From an uncultured virus (IMG/VR IMGVR_UViG_3300016457_000183) (lineage: Duplodnaviria > Heunggongvirae > Uroviricota > Caudoviricetes): a stretch of DNA of 20,000 nt. Of the stretch, positions 1-9,097 are shown in pieces. Position numbers and translations under genes: made by a program. The stretch lies in the IMG/VR virus record IMGVR_UViG_3300016457_000183; one strand, written 5' to 3'. Position 1 is the first letter of the stretch; each line of letters opens with the position of its first letter. The notes under the pieces are model-generated. The model was not told where the DNA came from. It worked only from the letters and a program-made list of their open reading frames with translations, and ran no database searches.

Positions 1-1592
1 GTAACTTTAAAATCTGGGTGTACTCTCCCATCATTTTCAACAAACTTCCAAATCCCTCCTTTACCTCCAGAAAGGTAAGTAGAGAGTAACTTTTGACGGG
101 CTCTGAGTTTGAGCAACGAAGTAATTACAGCGGACTTCTTGGGATCAGAGCCTACTTTAGACTTCAGCTTCTGTAAGGTTCCCTCATCAGCCGATGCGTT
201 TCCTGTCGGGGACCTCTTCACTATAGGAAACTTCAAATCAGTATACAACGCCTTAGTCAACTGTTTAAAAGATTTGTAATTGAACTCATAACCCACTGCT
301 TGAAAAAGCTGTTGTTCGTTCTGTTGAATCTCGGACACCACACGCTTCGTTAATTCGTCTACTCGTTTCTTATCAACAAGGATCCCTGTTAATTCAACAT
401 CGACCAAAGCGAGTTGTACCGGGAACTCAACTTTCCAGTACAGCTCCTCGTACCCTTTCTCTCGTATTTCCTCAATTTGCTTTAGGGCAATCATCCTTGT
501 CACAATGGCGTCATGAGTTGCGTACTTGAACAATATTTCTTGCGGAATTTCTGCATATGACTTAATCTTATGCTCCTTCTTGAACTTCTCTAACTCTCGG
601 TCGTACTTTGGGTAATCCAAATACAGTGTAATAAGCGTATTCAAGTCAGCAGGGAGGTTCTCGTTCAACACGTGCTGAGCAATCATGGTATCGAAGTACA
701 TGTTAGTTACACAGAACCCGTTCCTCTTCAGGAACCGGAGGTCAAACTTGCAATTCTGGGCCACTTTACGGCATCGAGACGCAAGAATACGCTTGATGTA
801 AGGAACAACAATCGGGTCATCCATTGGAATAGTATACCCAACCCAATCTTCAAAAGAGAGGGAGAGACAAATGATCGACGATCTAAACGGGTTCGTATCG
901 GTCGTCTCCAAATCGAATGACATCAGTGTGTCTTCTGGGAGTGACTCTACCAACCTTGTCAACTCCTCAAGTGCTCCAAGGGTATTGATCTGGAAAATCA
1001 ACGGAGAAGGTTCTGAGTAAGCCCCTTCAACAATTCTGGCCAACTTTCTCATATCAGCCTCGAACAGCCATCGAAGCTCGGGCTGTCTCATTACACCCGC
1101 CGGATGAATTGTGGGTAACACAGGTCCTACTTCAGTACGGAGTAGGAACCCCCTAGCGGACAGAATAGAAGTAAGCTCACCTCTAGTTACATACTCAAGA
1201 GCTTGTCCACCAAATGTAACGATCAATCTTGGGGAAATGCGTCGAAGTTCCGTATGAAGTCTGTCATAACAGAAAGTCCTCTTCACTTTAGGAACAGGAG
1301 TTAAGACCTCACAAACACAAGCATTAGTAATGTATAAATGTTCTCCACGGGTTTCTAAAAACTTATCAAAGGTTGGAGGTCTAGTACCAAGGATAGGAAT
1401 GAGAAACTTGGCTATCTCTTCTCCTGACTTTCCAACAAACGGCCTTCCTTCAAAGAACTCATTAATACCCGGGCTCTGCCCAACTATACAAATAGGTGCG
1501 TGAACACTCCCTTCCGGAGGAACAAACCTAAGGGAATTCCGATATAGAGGACAGGCACGGCAATACTCAAGAATGTGTGTATGCAACTCCAT
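1..1592 (-). CDS. polA: Family-A DNA polymerase with N-terminal family-4 uracil-DNA glycosylase domain and 3'-5' exonuclease (SPO1-like architecture); 3' part runs off the window
   Basis: Hand translation from ATG 1592 (RBS GAGGAGG at 1601-1607) is open to base 1. UDG4 motifs: CRACPL, IVGQSPGINEFFEGRPFVGKSG, YITNACVC, TIHPAG. Exonuclease motifs: SFDLETT, QNCKFD, FDTMIA, YATHDA. PolA motifs: VELTGILVD, EFNYKSFKQL, KLLSTY, DGRVHPDF. Absent from the ORF track, presumably because there is no stop codon in the window. Confidence 0.95.
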   Translation of the reverse strand, partial: MELHTHILEYCRACPLYRNSLRFVPPEGSVHAPICIVGQSPGINEFFEGRPFVGKSGEEIAKFLIPILGTRPPTFDKFLETRGEHLYITNACVCEVLTPVPKVKRTFCYDRLHTELRRISPRLIVTFGGQALEYVTRGELTSILSARGFLLRTEVGPVLPTIHPAGVMRQPELRWLFEADMRKLARIVEGAYSEPSPLIFQINTLGALEELTRLVESLPEDTLMSFDLETTDTNPFRSSIICLSLSFEDWVGYTIPMDDPIVVPYIKRILASRCRKVAQNCKFDLRFLKRNGFCVTNMYFDTMIAQHVLNENLPADLNTLITLYLDYPKYDRELEKFKKEHKIKSYAEIPQEILFKYATHDAIVTRMIALKQIEEIREKGYEELYWKVEFPVQLALVDVELTGILVDKKRVDELTKRVVSEIQQNEQQLFQAVGYEFNYKSFKQLTKALYTDLKFPIVKRSPTGNASADEGTLQKLKSKVGSDPKKSAVITSLLKLRARQKLLSTYLSGGKGGIWKFVENDGRVHPDFKV

Positions 1593-1619
1593 CTCAATAA
1601 CCTCCTCAGTTACGGTTAA

Positions 1620-2078
1620 TTATTTGCCAGTAGAACCAGCGCCACCGCCCCGATTGTGTAAAGAAGCGGGCAACGCATCGACTGTCACTAACTCCAAACG
1701 CTCTAGTGGTAGGATCAGCATTTGGAGGACTCGCTCACCAGTGTGTACTACTAAAGCACTGTCAGAAAGGTTAGTCACAAAAGGCTCAACAAAGTCGAGG
1801 TAACCAGGATCGTAAACAGATAAACACAGTAAACCCTGTCGTCGCCAGGAAGACCTTGGTACAATTAAGGCAAAGTAGTTTCTTGGTAAAGCCATGCGAA
1901 AGCCGCAGTGCAACTTAACTGTTGCTTGACTAGGGATTAAGTAATCTCCGGGGGAATCACCAAGCGAAGGGGATACCGTGTGAGTAACCAAATCGTAGCC
2001 GGCGGAGAACTGCTCACCTCTACGAGGGACGTAAATCTTATCAAGGGCCTCAATCAAAATATCCTCTGGAAACAACAT
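1620..2078 (-). CDS. dut: Trimeric dUTPase-family protein (divergent motifs)
   Basis: Motifs SAGYDL (1), PRSS (2), YDPGY (3), GERVLQ (4), RGGGAGSTG (5); RBS AAAGGAGG upstream. Confidence 0.85.
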   Translation of the reverse strand: MLFPEDILIEALDKIYVPRRGEQFSAGYDLVTHTVSPSLGDSPGDYLIPSQATVKLHCGFRMALPRNYFALIVPRSSWRRQGLLCLSVYDPGYLDFVEPFVTNLSDSALVVHTGERVLQMLILPLERLELVTVDALPASLHNRGGGAGSTGK

Positions 2079-2092
2079 TACCTAACCTCCTT

Positions 2093-2917
2093 TCAGTTAC
2101 CTAAATAGTTAAACAGCGCAAAATTAAAATCCGATGACCAAGCAAACGCGACAGCGTTGTGTGCATGAATACTCTCGAAATGAGTAACTTTAATCAGGTA
2201 AGGGAGCGCACGCTTTTCGAGTTCAAGACCAATCAACCGAACCATATCCTCTACAAAAACAGGGTTCAAATAAGCACGCTCTGTTACGTATTTCTCATCA
2301 ACCCGCTTCAAGCATTCCCTGATTGGCGCGCTAGCGCCATTTTCGACCACACCCACTAAATCTTCAAACAGGACCTCGTTGTTGGGGGGAGTGGTAACTG
2401 TGACAGAGGCAACTGATCGCTGATTATGCGCTCCAAACTGAGAAATTTCCTTACTACAAGGACATAATGACGTGTAAGGAACGTCAACACTTATCAGTAT
2501 ATAATCAGGGTACCCTTTCATCCTAATACCTGTAACTTTAACTTCAACGGGTAGAAACTGATCGATCTCACTCACAGGAGCAGTAGTAGAAACTAAATAA
2601 GTAAAAGATACCTCTACTCGTGCATTCTCGTTCTCTAATCGACCTGTAACTGCACCTAACGTGTCGGAAACGTTTTGGGTTAACAACTTCTTCTCAGAAA
2701 AGACGTCCTGAATTACCTCGTAAAAACGCGACATATGAACGCCTTTCACTTCCGGGTTTAAAGAACAATACACATTAAAACTTCCAAGTGTTTGCATAAA
2801 TATTTCAGTAAGAGGGTAGTAAACGTAAACAGGGTACCGGATACCCTCGACTCCTACCCAAGGTAAGTAAACTTTAGGAAATCCTTCACTTCGTGATTGT
2901 ACATCAGGAACGCTCAT
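2093..2917 (-). CDS. folE2: GTP cyclohydrolase IB (FolE2)
   Basis: Motifs PDVQ, VGVEGIRYP, KGVHMSRF, TSLCPCSKEIS..GAHNQRS, LKRVDEKYVTERAYLNPVFVEDMVR, ESIHAHNA; RBS AAGGAGG; ATGA overlap with the primase stop. Confidence 0.95.
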   Translation of the reverse strand: MSVPDVQSRSEGFPKVYLPWVGVEGIRYPVYVYYPLTEIFMQTLGSFNVYCSLNPEVKGVHMSRFYEVIQDVFSEKKLLTQNVSDTLGAVTGRLENENARVEVSFTYLVSTTAPVSEIDQFLPVEVKVTGIRMKGYPDYILISVDVPYTSLCPCSKEISQFGAHNQRSVASVTVTTPPNNEVLFEDLVGVVENGASAPIRECLKRVDEKYVTERAYLNPVFVEDMVRLIGLELEKRALPYLIKVTHFESIHAHNAVAFAWSSDFNFALFNYLGN

Positions 2918-3735
2918 GCTACCTCCTTATACACAAATTCTCTTAAACTCATAAAAGAACCCGAGGTCACCTCCAAACACGGGGAGTCCCACAGTTGAGA
3001 AGTATCTGAAGGAGATCCGTCTAAACAGAAAACGGCGTAAGTCTTCACTAAGTAGGTCTGATAGAGTTCTACAGCTGCTCTCACTGATTCTTCCCACGAA
3101 TCATCATCCCAAAATACAAGGAACTTCCTAACCCCCTTTGCTAAGAGTTGGTTAGTTACAGACGAAGAAATAAAGTGTCCAAAAACACAAACGGCCAAAC
3201 CTTCCAAACGATAATAATCAAAAATACCTTCAACAAAAATCGCAAAGTCTCCAACTAGCTTATCAGCACCTAGCAAAACCCCGTTCTTACGGAATCCCTT
3301 CTTAGTCAAATACTTCGGTGCGTCAGGTGCACTAGAAAACAGGCGAATCTGAAAATTATCCTGATCTATAGGAATCACTAAACCATAACCCTGAGTAAAG
3401 AAAACTAAGTTCACCTTCTGAAAACGATCGAGTGCGTGTTTCCTCTCAAGAAGACGATAAACTTCGGGGAATTGATCTCGAACCTCTGTCAAACTATACT
3501 CAACAAACCTACGAGGATCCCAAGTTGAAGAAGAGTCAGTGTGTCCCGAACTCAGAAATCCTCGGTAAGGAACTAAAGACTTTCGGTCCAACTCAGATGA
3601 ACGACCTTTACTACCACATCGAAAACAAAGATAGCGTTTAGCTGCCCAATTTACATACAACTTCCCTTTTACATCAGGAGACTTTCCTCTATAATGGCAA
3701 AAAGGGCAATAGTATCGTTCCCATTCAGTAGTCAT
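2914..3735 (-). CDS. DnaG-type DNA primase (Zn finger + TOPRIM), 273 aa
   Basis: Zn finger CPFC...LCFRCG; TOPRIM motifs FVEGIFD, VCVFG, FWDDD. Start reassigned to ATG 3735 (GGAG RBS, 11-nt overlap with the helicase) rather than 3897. Confidence 0.88.
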   Translation of the reverse strand: MTTEWERYYCPFCHYRGKSPDVKGKLYVNWAAKRYLCFRCGSKGRSSELDRKSLVPYRGFLSSGHTDSSSTWDPRRFVEYSLTEVRDQFPEVYRLLERKHALDRFQKVNLVFFTQGYGLVIPIDQDNFQIRLFSSAPDAPKYLTKKGFRKNGVLLGADKLVGDFAIFVEGIFDYYRLEGLAVCVFGHFISSSVTNQLLAKGVRKFLVFWDDDSWEESVRAAVELYQTYLVKTYAVFCLDGSPSDTSQLWDSPCLEVTSGSFMSLREFVYKEVA

Positions 3736-5107
3736 TTCTACTCTCCGGAAAGGACCGGGGTATCTTAGCCTTATCAATTTTAGTAATAGGGGGACAGTAA
3801 AAAGTAGCCGTAGGATAATGAAGCTCGACCTGGCATCCGTAATAGGATGAGCACCTTCTTGAATAGTCAAGAGAGATATCAAAAATCCGACTGGCAAGAA
3901 CTGCCGACTCGGTAAACTGAGTTAGGTCAGACATAGTAATAACGTGATCACAATCATAAATAATCGCATAACTATGTCCAATCTGTGAACCCTTAATTCT
4001 CTCTTTAAGTCCGCTCTTTAACCGATTTGCTTCCTGCATCTTCATAGCTTCTCTAGTAGTTCGCGCAATTGTCCACAAAGCAACATTTTTCTCTTTAGCA
4101 AAATCGTGTAACCATTCAAATACATCCGTCCCTACTGCATACAACCTTGAACGATCTGAGATGTTCTCAGATTTAATCAAATTCGCATAATCAATCAGAA
4201 CTAAATCAAAAGAGTCACCAATTACATCACACAACTGATCATACTTCGCCTCAATCGCTGAGAACGAGGCTCTCTTAGAAGGAATATCTACTAACTTAAG
4301 AGCTGCTGGAGGTCGTAAAAAATACTTTAGATAGCGTTCTATTAAAGTAGCATTCTTCGCGTAATTCTCCTCGGAAATCCGGAGCGGGGACTGCCCAAAC
4401 TGATTCACTAAGGTAAGGTCGTACCGCATAGCGACCTCAATAGCGGGCATTTCTAAAGTAAAATGAATAACCTTAACCTTCCCTACCACAAGTGCATGCG
4501 CTCCGATCCAGTTCAATAAATAAGACTTTCCCACTTTAGGTGGCGCAATGATAAGAGCAACCTCTCCAGGCAAGACAAACCGAAAAGTCCCAAGTTCAAA
4601 AGGAGTAGGAACTCCCAAACGTTGACGAAGTGATTGCCAGTGCTCGATCCTCTTTGAAATGTCGTCACTCAAATCAAGCACGCCAGTAGACTTCTCTAAG
4701 ATTGCCAGATTCTTAAATAGAGAGGGAAGTTGATCAACTTTACCCTTTGTGAGTAACTGGGAAGCTTTTTGCAGATACCTTTGAGCACGTCTGAATTTAA
4801 CCCACTTAAGAATTTCTTCAGCAATGTACTTCCTATCTCCTTCTTGCCAAGTACACTCAGACCACTCAGTAAAAAACTCAGAAGCCAGCTGCAACTCTTC
4901 TGGGGTTAACTTCTGCTGAGATATCTCCTTAAAGGCGTTCAAGACCACTTCAGGGTGTGGTAGGGTCTTATACTGAAGAATCAAATCTCGGATCGCTCGG
5001 AAAAGGAATTGGTAAACCGGCTGAACAAAATCTTGTTCCTCAACCATCAGGAGCAGCTCAACATCTCGTACCGTAACGAAATAAACAAGGACCCAAACTT
5101 CCTTCAT
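3725..5107 (-). CDS. dnaB: Replicative SF4 (DnaB/gp41-like) helicase
   Basis: Walker A APPKVGKS, HFTLEM, Walker B LVLIDYANLI; adjacent to the primase; RBS GGAGG. Confidence 0.88.
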   Translation of the reverse strand: MKEVWVLVYFVTVRDVELLLMVEEQDFVQPVYQFLFRAIRDLILQYKTLPHPEVVLNAFKEISQQKLTPEELQLASEFFTEWSECTWQEGDRKYIAEEILKWVKFRRAQRYLQKASQLLTKGKVDQLPSLFKNLAILEKSTGVLDLSDDISKRIEHWQSLRQRLGVPTPFELGTFRFVLPGEVALIIAPPKVGKSYLLNWIGAHALVVGKVKVIHFTLEMPAIEVAMRYDLTLVNQFGQSPLRISEENYAKNATLIERYLKYFLRPPAALKLVDIPSKRASFSAIEAKYDQLCDVIGDSFDLVLIDYANLIKSENISDRSRLYAVGTDVFEWLHDFAKEKNVALWTIARTTREAMKMQEANRLKSGLKERIKGSQIGHSYAIIYDCDHVITMSDLTQFTESAVLASRIFDISLDYSRRCSSYYGCQVELHYPTATFYCPPITKIDKAKIPRSFPESRNDY

Positions 5108-5400
5108 ACTACCTCCATAACACGTCGGAAGAACCCAACAACGGAACTTTTACGAGAAGCGTACTGCAAAATCAACCTCCAGTCACTGAAGGAAGTCTCT
5201 CGAATTATCTCCTCGAAATAACGAGGGGCCAACTGTCGTATACCATACTCTTTCAAATAATTATTCAACCGCATTAACTGCTTAACAGACTTAAGGTTGT
5301 CAAATAACTCTATACCAAAGCGGGGATAAACTCTTCTCAATACAAAAACTAGGTCTGCAGCTAGGTCCTGGAGCTCAAGCTGGGTCAAGTACGTGAACAT
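5104..5400 (-). CDS. Hypothetical protein (~98 aa) between the SF2 and DnaB helicases
   Basis: Fills the gap between two genes, and its stop overlaps the helicase ATG (ATGA). ATG 5400 is preferred over the ORF-track start at 5478. Confidence 0.6.
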   Translation of the reverse strand: MFTYLTQLELQDLAADLVFVLRRVYPRFGIELFDNLKSVKQLMRLNNYLKEYGIRQLAPRYFEEIIRETSFSDWRLILQYASRKSSVVGFFRRVMEVV

Positions 5401-6715
5401 CTCCAAACCTTTTATACAAAGCAATTCTGAAATTACCTTGTGATCGGAGAACAGGAGGGAACTGGTCCCATATATCAAAAAAAGCTAGTCGTTTACCCTC
5501 TTCAAATCGAAGACCACGTCCAATTCGTTGAATTATAGCAATCTGAGATCTCACACATGCCGCATTTATTATCGAATAAATCGAGTGATTATCAACGCCT
5601 TCCTCAATAACACGAGTGGCAACCAAAACACCTCTTTCTAACTTCCTAGCTGCCTCCCTTTCTTCCAACCTGGACTTATAACTCACAGTCAAACTCCCAG
5701 GTATCAAACTCTTTAACTGCTCTAAATGGTTCATTCGATGAACTAAGACCAAAACTACTTTCTGTGTACGTTGGAGCTCTAAATCACACAGTAATTTAAT
5801 CAAAGCGTTACGATCCTGATCTAAAGCTACGAACTGCTGATAGATCCAATTACTGTCTTGTAAGCGCCAACCAGGTACGGGATAACGCTTGTTTGAATAC
5901 TTTAGAACGTAAAAATCAACAGGGCACAACAACTTCTCCTTCAAACCCACAGAAAGATCTGCCACATCAACCCGGTCCCCAAAGAGAACTCTCAATTTCT
6001 CATCAAGTCGATCGCTCCGACCAGAAGGAGTCGCTGTAAATCCATACCAACGAGGCGCTTCTGTATGCATCAGAGTCTGAATATAACTAGGTGCTAGCGC
6101 ATGGACACACTCATCTACTAGTACCACATCAGCCTTAAAAGGAAGAGAACGTAAGCTCTGAAATGTAGCAACTACTATCTGACTATCGAACTCTTTTCGT
6201 CCTCCAAAAACGCGCCCGAACTCTAGTTGAGGCATCCAGTCCCGTAGTCGTTCATAATTCTGTTTAGCGAGGCCCTTGTTATGGACAAGGATCAAGACTT
6301 TAGAATTGCGGAAAGCATAAACAAGGGCTCCGATCAAGTAAGTCTTACCAATCGATGTAGGGCCCACTACAAGAGCTGATCGCTTGGAAAGAATGTTATC
6401 TAGCGCAGTTCGCTGAAATGGTTTAAGCTCGTAAGGAAGGTCATCTAAAGAGAGAGGAGTACATTCAGTAGTATCATCTTCAACTTCCAACTTGATGGAA
6501 GAAGGGAACAAACTCAGAAAGGGAGACGGGAAATAACGATTCTCAAAGAAATACTCCTTCTTATCGGAGGACCACGAAACGTGCCGTCCCTTATGAGGTT
6601 CATACTTAATCCTCATTGAAGAAACAGGAAATGAAAGTGCGCTCTTAACTAAGTCCTTCTCAACTTCAGAAGCTTCTATTACCTCAGCAAGCGGGCCCTT
6701 AACTCTAACTTTCAT
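5375..6715 (-). CDS. SF2 DExH-like helicase (UvsW/Rad25-like)
   Basis: Q-motif LKPFQ, GPTSIGKT, DECVH, FTATP, ATRVIEEGVD, QRIGRGLR; RBS AAGGAGG. Confidence 0.9.
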   Translation of the reverse strand: MKVRVKGPLAEVIEASEVEKDLVKSALSFPVSSMRIKYEPHKGRHVSWSSDKKEYFFENRYFPSPFLSLFPSSIKLEVEDDTTECTPLSLDDLPYELKPFQRTALDNILSKRSALVVGPTSIGKTYLIGALVYAFRNSKVLILVHNKGLAKQNYERLRDWMPQLEFGRVFGGRKEFDSQIVVATFQSLRSLPFKADVVLVDECVHALAPSYIQTLMHTEAPRWYGFTATPSGRSDRLDEKLRVLFGDRVDVADLSVGLKEKLLCPVDFYVLKYSNKRYPVPGWRLQDSNWIYQQFVALDQDRNALIKLLCDLELQRTQKVVLVLVHRMNHLEQLKSLIPGSLTVSYKSRLEEREAARKLERGVLVATRVIEEGVDNHSIYSIINAACVRSQIAIIQRIGRGLRFEEGKRLAFFDIWDQFPPVLRSQGNFRIALYKRFGDVHVLDPA

Positions 6716-7700
6716 TAAAAACCTCCTTTAGTGCATCTCCTCGTATCTCTAACGACTTTCCTTTCCTAACCACCTTGAAAAGGGCCATGTAAGAATAGTG
6801 ACTCTGACTAGTACTAGCTGAAAACATCAATGGGAACATAACACACTGTAATAGTTTAAAATAACGAAAATCGTTGAACAAAACAACTACGTACTTCACA
6901 AAGTTCTCATTCCGCTTAATCCAAGCCAGCACACGAAGAAATGAATGTCGTGAAACTAACCAAACAACAGCGCACGAGATCTTCAATAAAGGGAACTCGA
7001 TCTGGTTCCTACTTAAGTCATCCGAAACTACAGAAGACATAGCTTGTCGGATCTCTTCGCTCTCGGGGTCCGCAAGGTCGATCCAATAAAAAGCATCTGG
7101 CGCATACTTAAACGCCATCAAAGCCTTAATGTTGTAACACAACCAGCCAGACGATTCAATAGTAATGACACAGAAAGGGGTATTCTTACCCGTTCGAGAG
7201 ATCAGAGAGCGCAACGTGAGCGAAATACGTTTAACCTGATCGTCCGAAAACCATTCAAAGTAAGGAACGACTTGGGGTAACTTAGAATAATAGTTAATCA
7301 TATTTTCCTCTTTAAGAGCAAAGACGCGCCAATAACGCAGGACATCTTGATACAAGTACATCTTATAAACAACGCGTAACTGTCGCCTTATTATACGTTG
7401 CATTTTAAAAGGAAGATGTTTCGGAACTAGATAAGGGTAAAAGTACGAGACTTTCTCAGGTAACAAAACCTTATAAAAGAAGGGCATAGCATAAAAGTAC
7501 TCCTTTAAAAGAGTTTCAGGACGCCCAGCGTAACCAAATTCCGTCAGTGCGATTGACTCGCACTCAACGTGGAAAGGACAACTAAGACAGCGCGAGTCGA
7601 CAAAACTGAAAAACCCCCTACACATAGAGGGGTTCTCAATCTGATAAGCTCTCCTAGCTCCGTAATTTAGCAAATAAAATTCACCTCGCTGTAACATCAC
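6705..7700 (-). CDS. Hypothetical protein with N-terminal Cys cluster
   Basis: 331-aa ORF overlapping both neighbours (GTGATG overlap with the sbcC stop); Cys motif CRGFFSFVDSRCLSCPFHVEC. Confidence 0.75.
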   Translation of the reverse strand: MMLQRGEFYLLNYGARRAYQIENPSMCRGFFSFVDSRCLSCPFHVECESIALTEFGYAGRPETLLKEYFYAMPFFYKVLLPEKVSYFYPYLVPKHLPFKMQRIIRRQLRVVYKMYLYQDVLRYWRVFALKEENMINYYSKLPQVVPYFEWFSDDQVKRISLTLRSLISRTGKNTPFCVITIESSGWLCYNIKALMAFKYAPDAFYWIDLADPESEEIRQAMSSVVSDDLSRNQIEFPLLKISCAVVWLVSRHSFLRVLAWIKRNENFVKYVVVLFNDFRYFKLLQCVMFPLMFSASTSQSHYSYMALFKVVRKGKSLEIRGDALKEVFNES

Positions 7701-9097
7701 GCATGATGTGTTGTTAGAATTACCTGAGGGAACAGTTTAACCACTTCAGAAGACAACAAAGACATCAACAGACTAAAGAAGGTCTCATCCAAAGAATCCC
7801 CAATGGAGTCGAGGAGTAAAGGGAACTGTTCTACGCCATGAAGCGCGGAAGTGATATAGGAAACAGCAACACGGAATACAGTAGCAACAAAATCACGTTG
7901 ACCCACCGATAACTTGCCAAAAGGGCGTCCATCTACCACTAAATCGAAAGATGGTGTAAGAGTAACTTCTCTAAATGGTGAGCCAGTCAGTAACTTCGAC
8001 GCTAGTGTAGAAACCGAGTTTAATAAAGGAACAGACACACTGTCCAAAAAGTCTCGAAGAGCAGCGCGAGCTTGCAACACTGTTTGACTTCTTAACAACT
8101 GTTCACGGAGTTCGAGTAGACTAGCAAGAGAAGTCTCGCAAGCCTTCTTCCGCTCGATTAAAGCTAACATAGTCTTGTGATCTTCTACAGTAAGGCTTCG
8201 ATCAATTCGGCGACGCTGTTCCTCTGTTAACGTTACTGCCATAGGTAACTGTGCGAGTTGACTACGAACGTTGGCTAATTCCTCCTGGACCTGAGTAAGT
8301 CTACCCTGAACCACGCTACGATCAAATTGAGTAGAGCCACACACGGGGCAACTAGTACTCTGCACGTTACTAACTTTAGTAAGTAACTCGACCAAATAAG
8401 ACAAAGTAGTCATTCTCTGAGTGAGCTTCTGCCGTTCACTTACAACATCCGGCTTCTCCCGAGCTTCTTGCTCTAAGAGGTACAATTGTTCGCGATGAAA
8501 ATTCTCGCGGGAAACGTCAACAGCCGCTAGTTCATCTAACTCCTTCTGAAGAGAAGTAATCTGTTCCTCAGAAACAGTAGATACGCTACGAACTCCGGGA
8601 GAAGTTAACGAATTAATCGCCTCCGTTACTACATCGAGGCGAAGTAGCTCGGAAATCATCTTCCTTCGCAATGGAGGTTTAGCTTGAGCAAGTAGTGCTG
8701 CCTCACGCTGATTGCAACAAATCGTCGCCTTAAAAAGCGCCGCGGGAACAAGCTTATCCCTCCAAAAACCAGAAAGCTCGTTTAACTTCTTGATCTGAAC
8801 ATCGCCGTACTTAAAATTGACACGGGAAGGTTTCAAGTGACGTGTCAAGGAGAAAGGAACACCTCGAAATTCTCCTTCTAACTTAACAAGAGAAGCTCCA
8901 ACTGAGCCCTCTCTAATATAAGACTCTGTACTTTCGTCAAGGACTCTGGACCCGTAGATAGCAAAACTAATCCCTTCAATCAATGAAGACTTACCACCGC
9001 CATTAGGAAGCACCACAACGTTTAAGCCAGAAGTGAACGTAAATTCAGAGTCCTCATAACAGTTAAAATTCACTAATCGTACATTTGATATCTTCAA
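7697..9097 (-). CDS. sbcC: SbcC/Rad50/gp46-like SMC ATPase
   Basis: Walker A PNGGGKSS, coiled coil with CPVCG zinc hook, signature LSVGQR, Walker B LLLDS, H-loop LTTHH; TTG start overlapping the sbcD stop. Confidence 0.9.
   Translation of the reverse strand: MKISNVRLVNFNCYEDSEFTFTSGLNVVVLPNGGGKSSLIEGISFAIYGSRVLDESTESYIREGSVGASLVKLEGEFRGVPFSLTRHLKPSRVNFKYGDVQIKKLNELSGFWRDKLVPAALFKATICCNQREAALLAQAKPPLRRKMISELLRLDVVTEAINSLTSPGVRSVSTVSEEQITSLQKELDELAAVDVSRENFHREQLYLLEQEAREKPDVVSERQKLTQRMTTLSYLVELLTKVSNVQSTSCPVCGSTQFDRSVVQGRLTQVQEELANVRSQLAQLPMAVTLTEEQRRRIDRSLTVEDHKTMLALIERKKACETSLASLLELREQLLRSQTVLQARAALRDFLDSVSVPLLNSVSTLASKLLTGSPFREVTLTPSFDLVVDGRPFGKLSVGQRDFVATVFRVAVSYITSALHGVEQFPLLLDSIGDSLDETFFSLLMSLLSSEVVKLFPQVILTTHHA

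Noticed and set aside
3736..3897. N-terminal 54-aa extension of the primase in the ORF track
   Set aside because: It overlaps the helicase C-terminus; the RBS-supported ATG at 3735 directly precedes the Zn finger.
6705..7250. Degenerate DnaC/AAA+ helicase loader in the 331-aa ORF
   Set aside because: There is only a vague TGK and alpha/beta pattern, with no Walker motifs in proper context; a profile search is needed.
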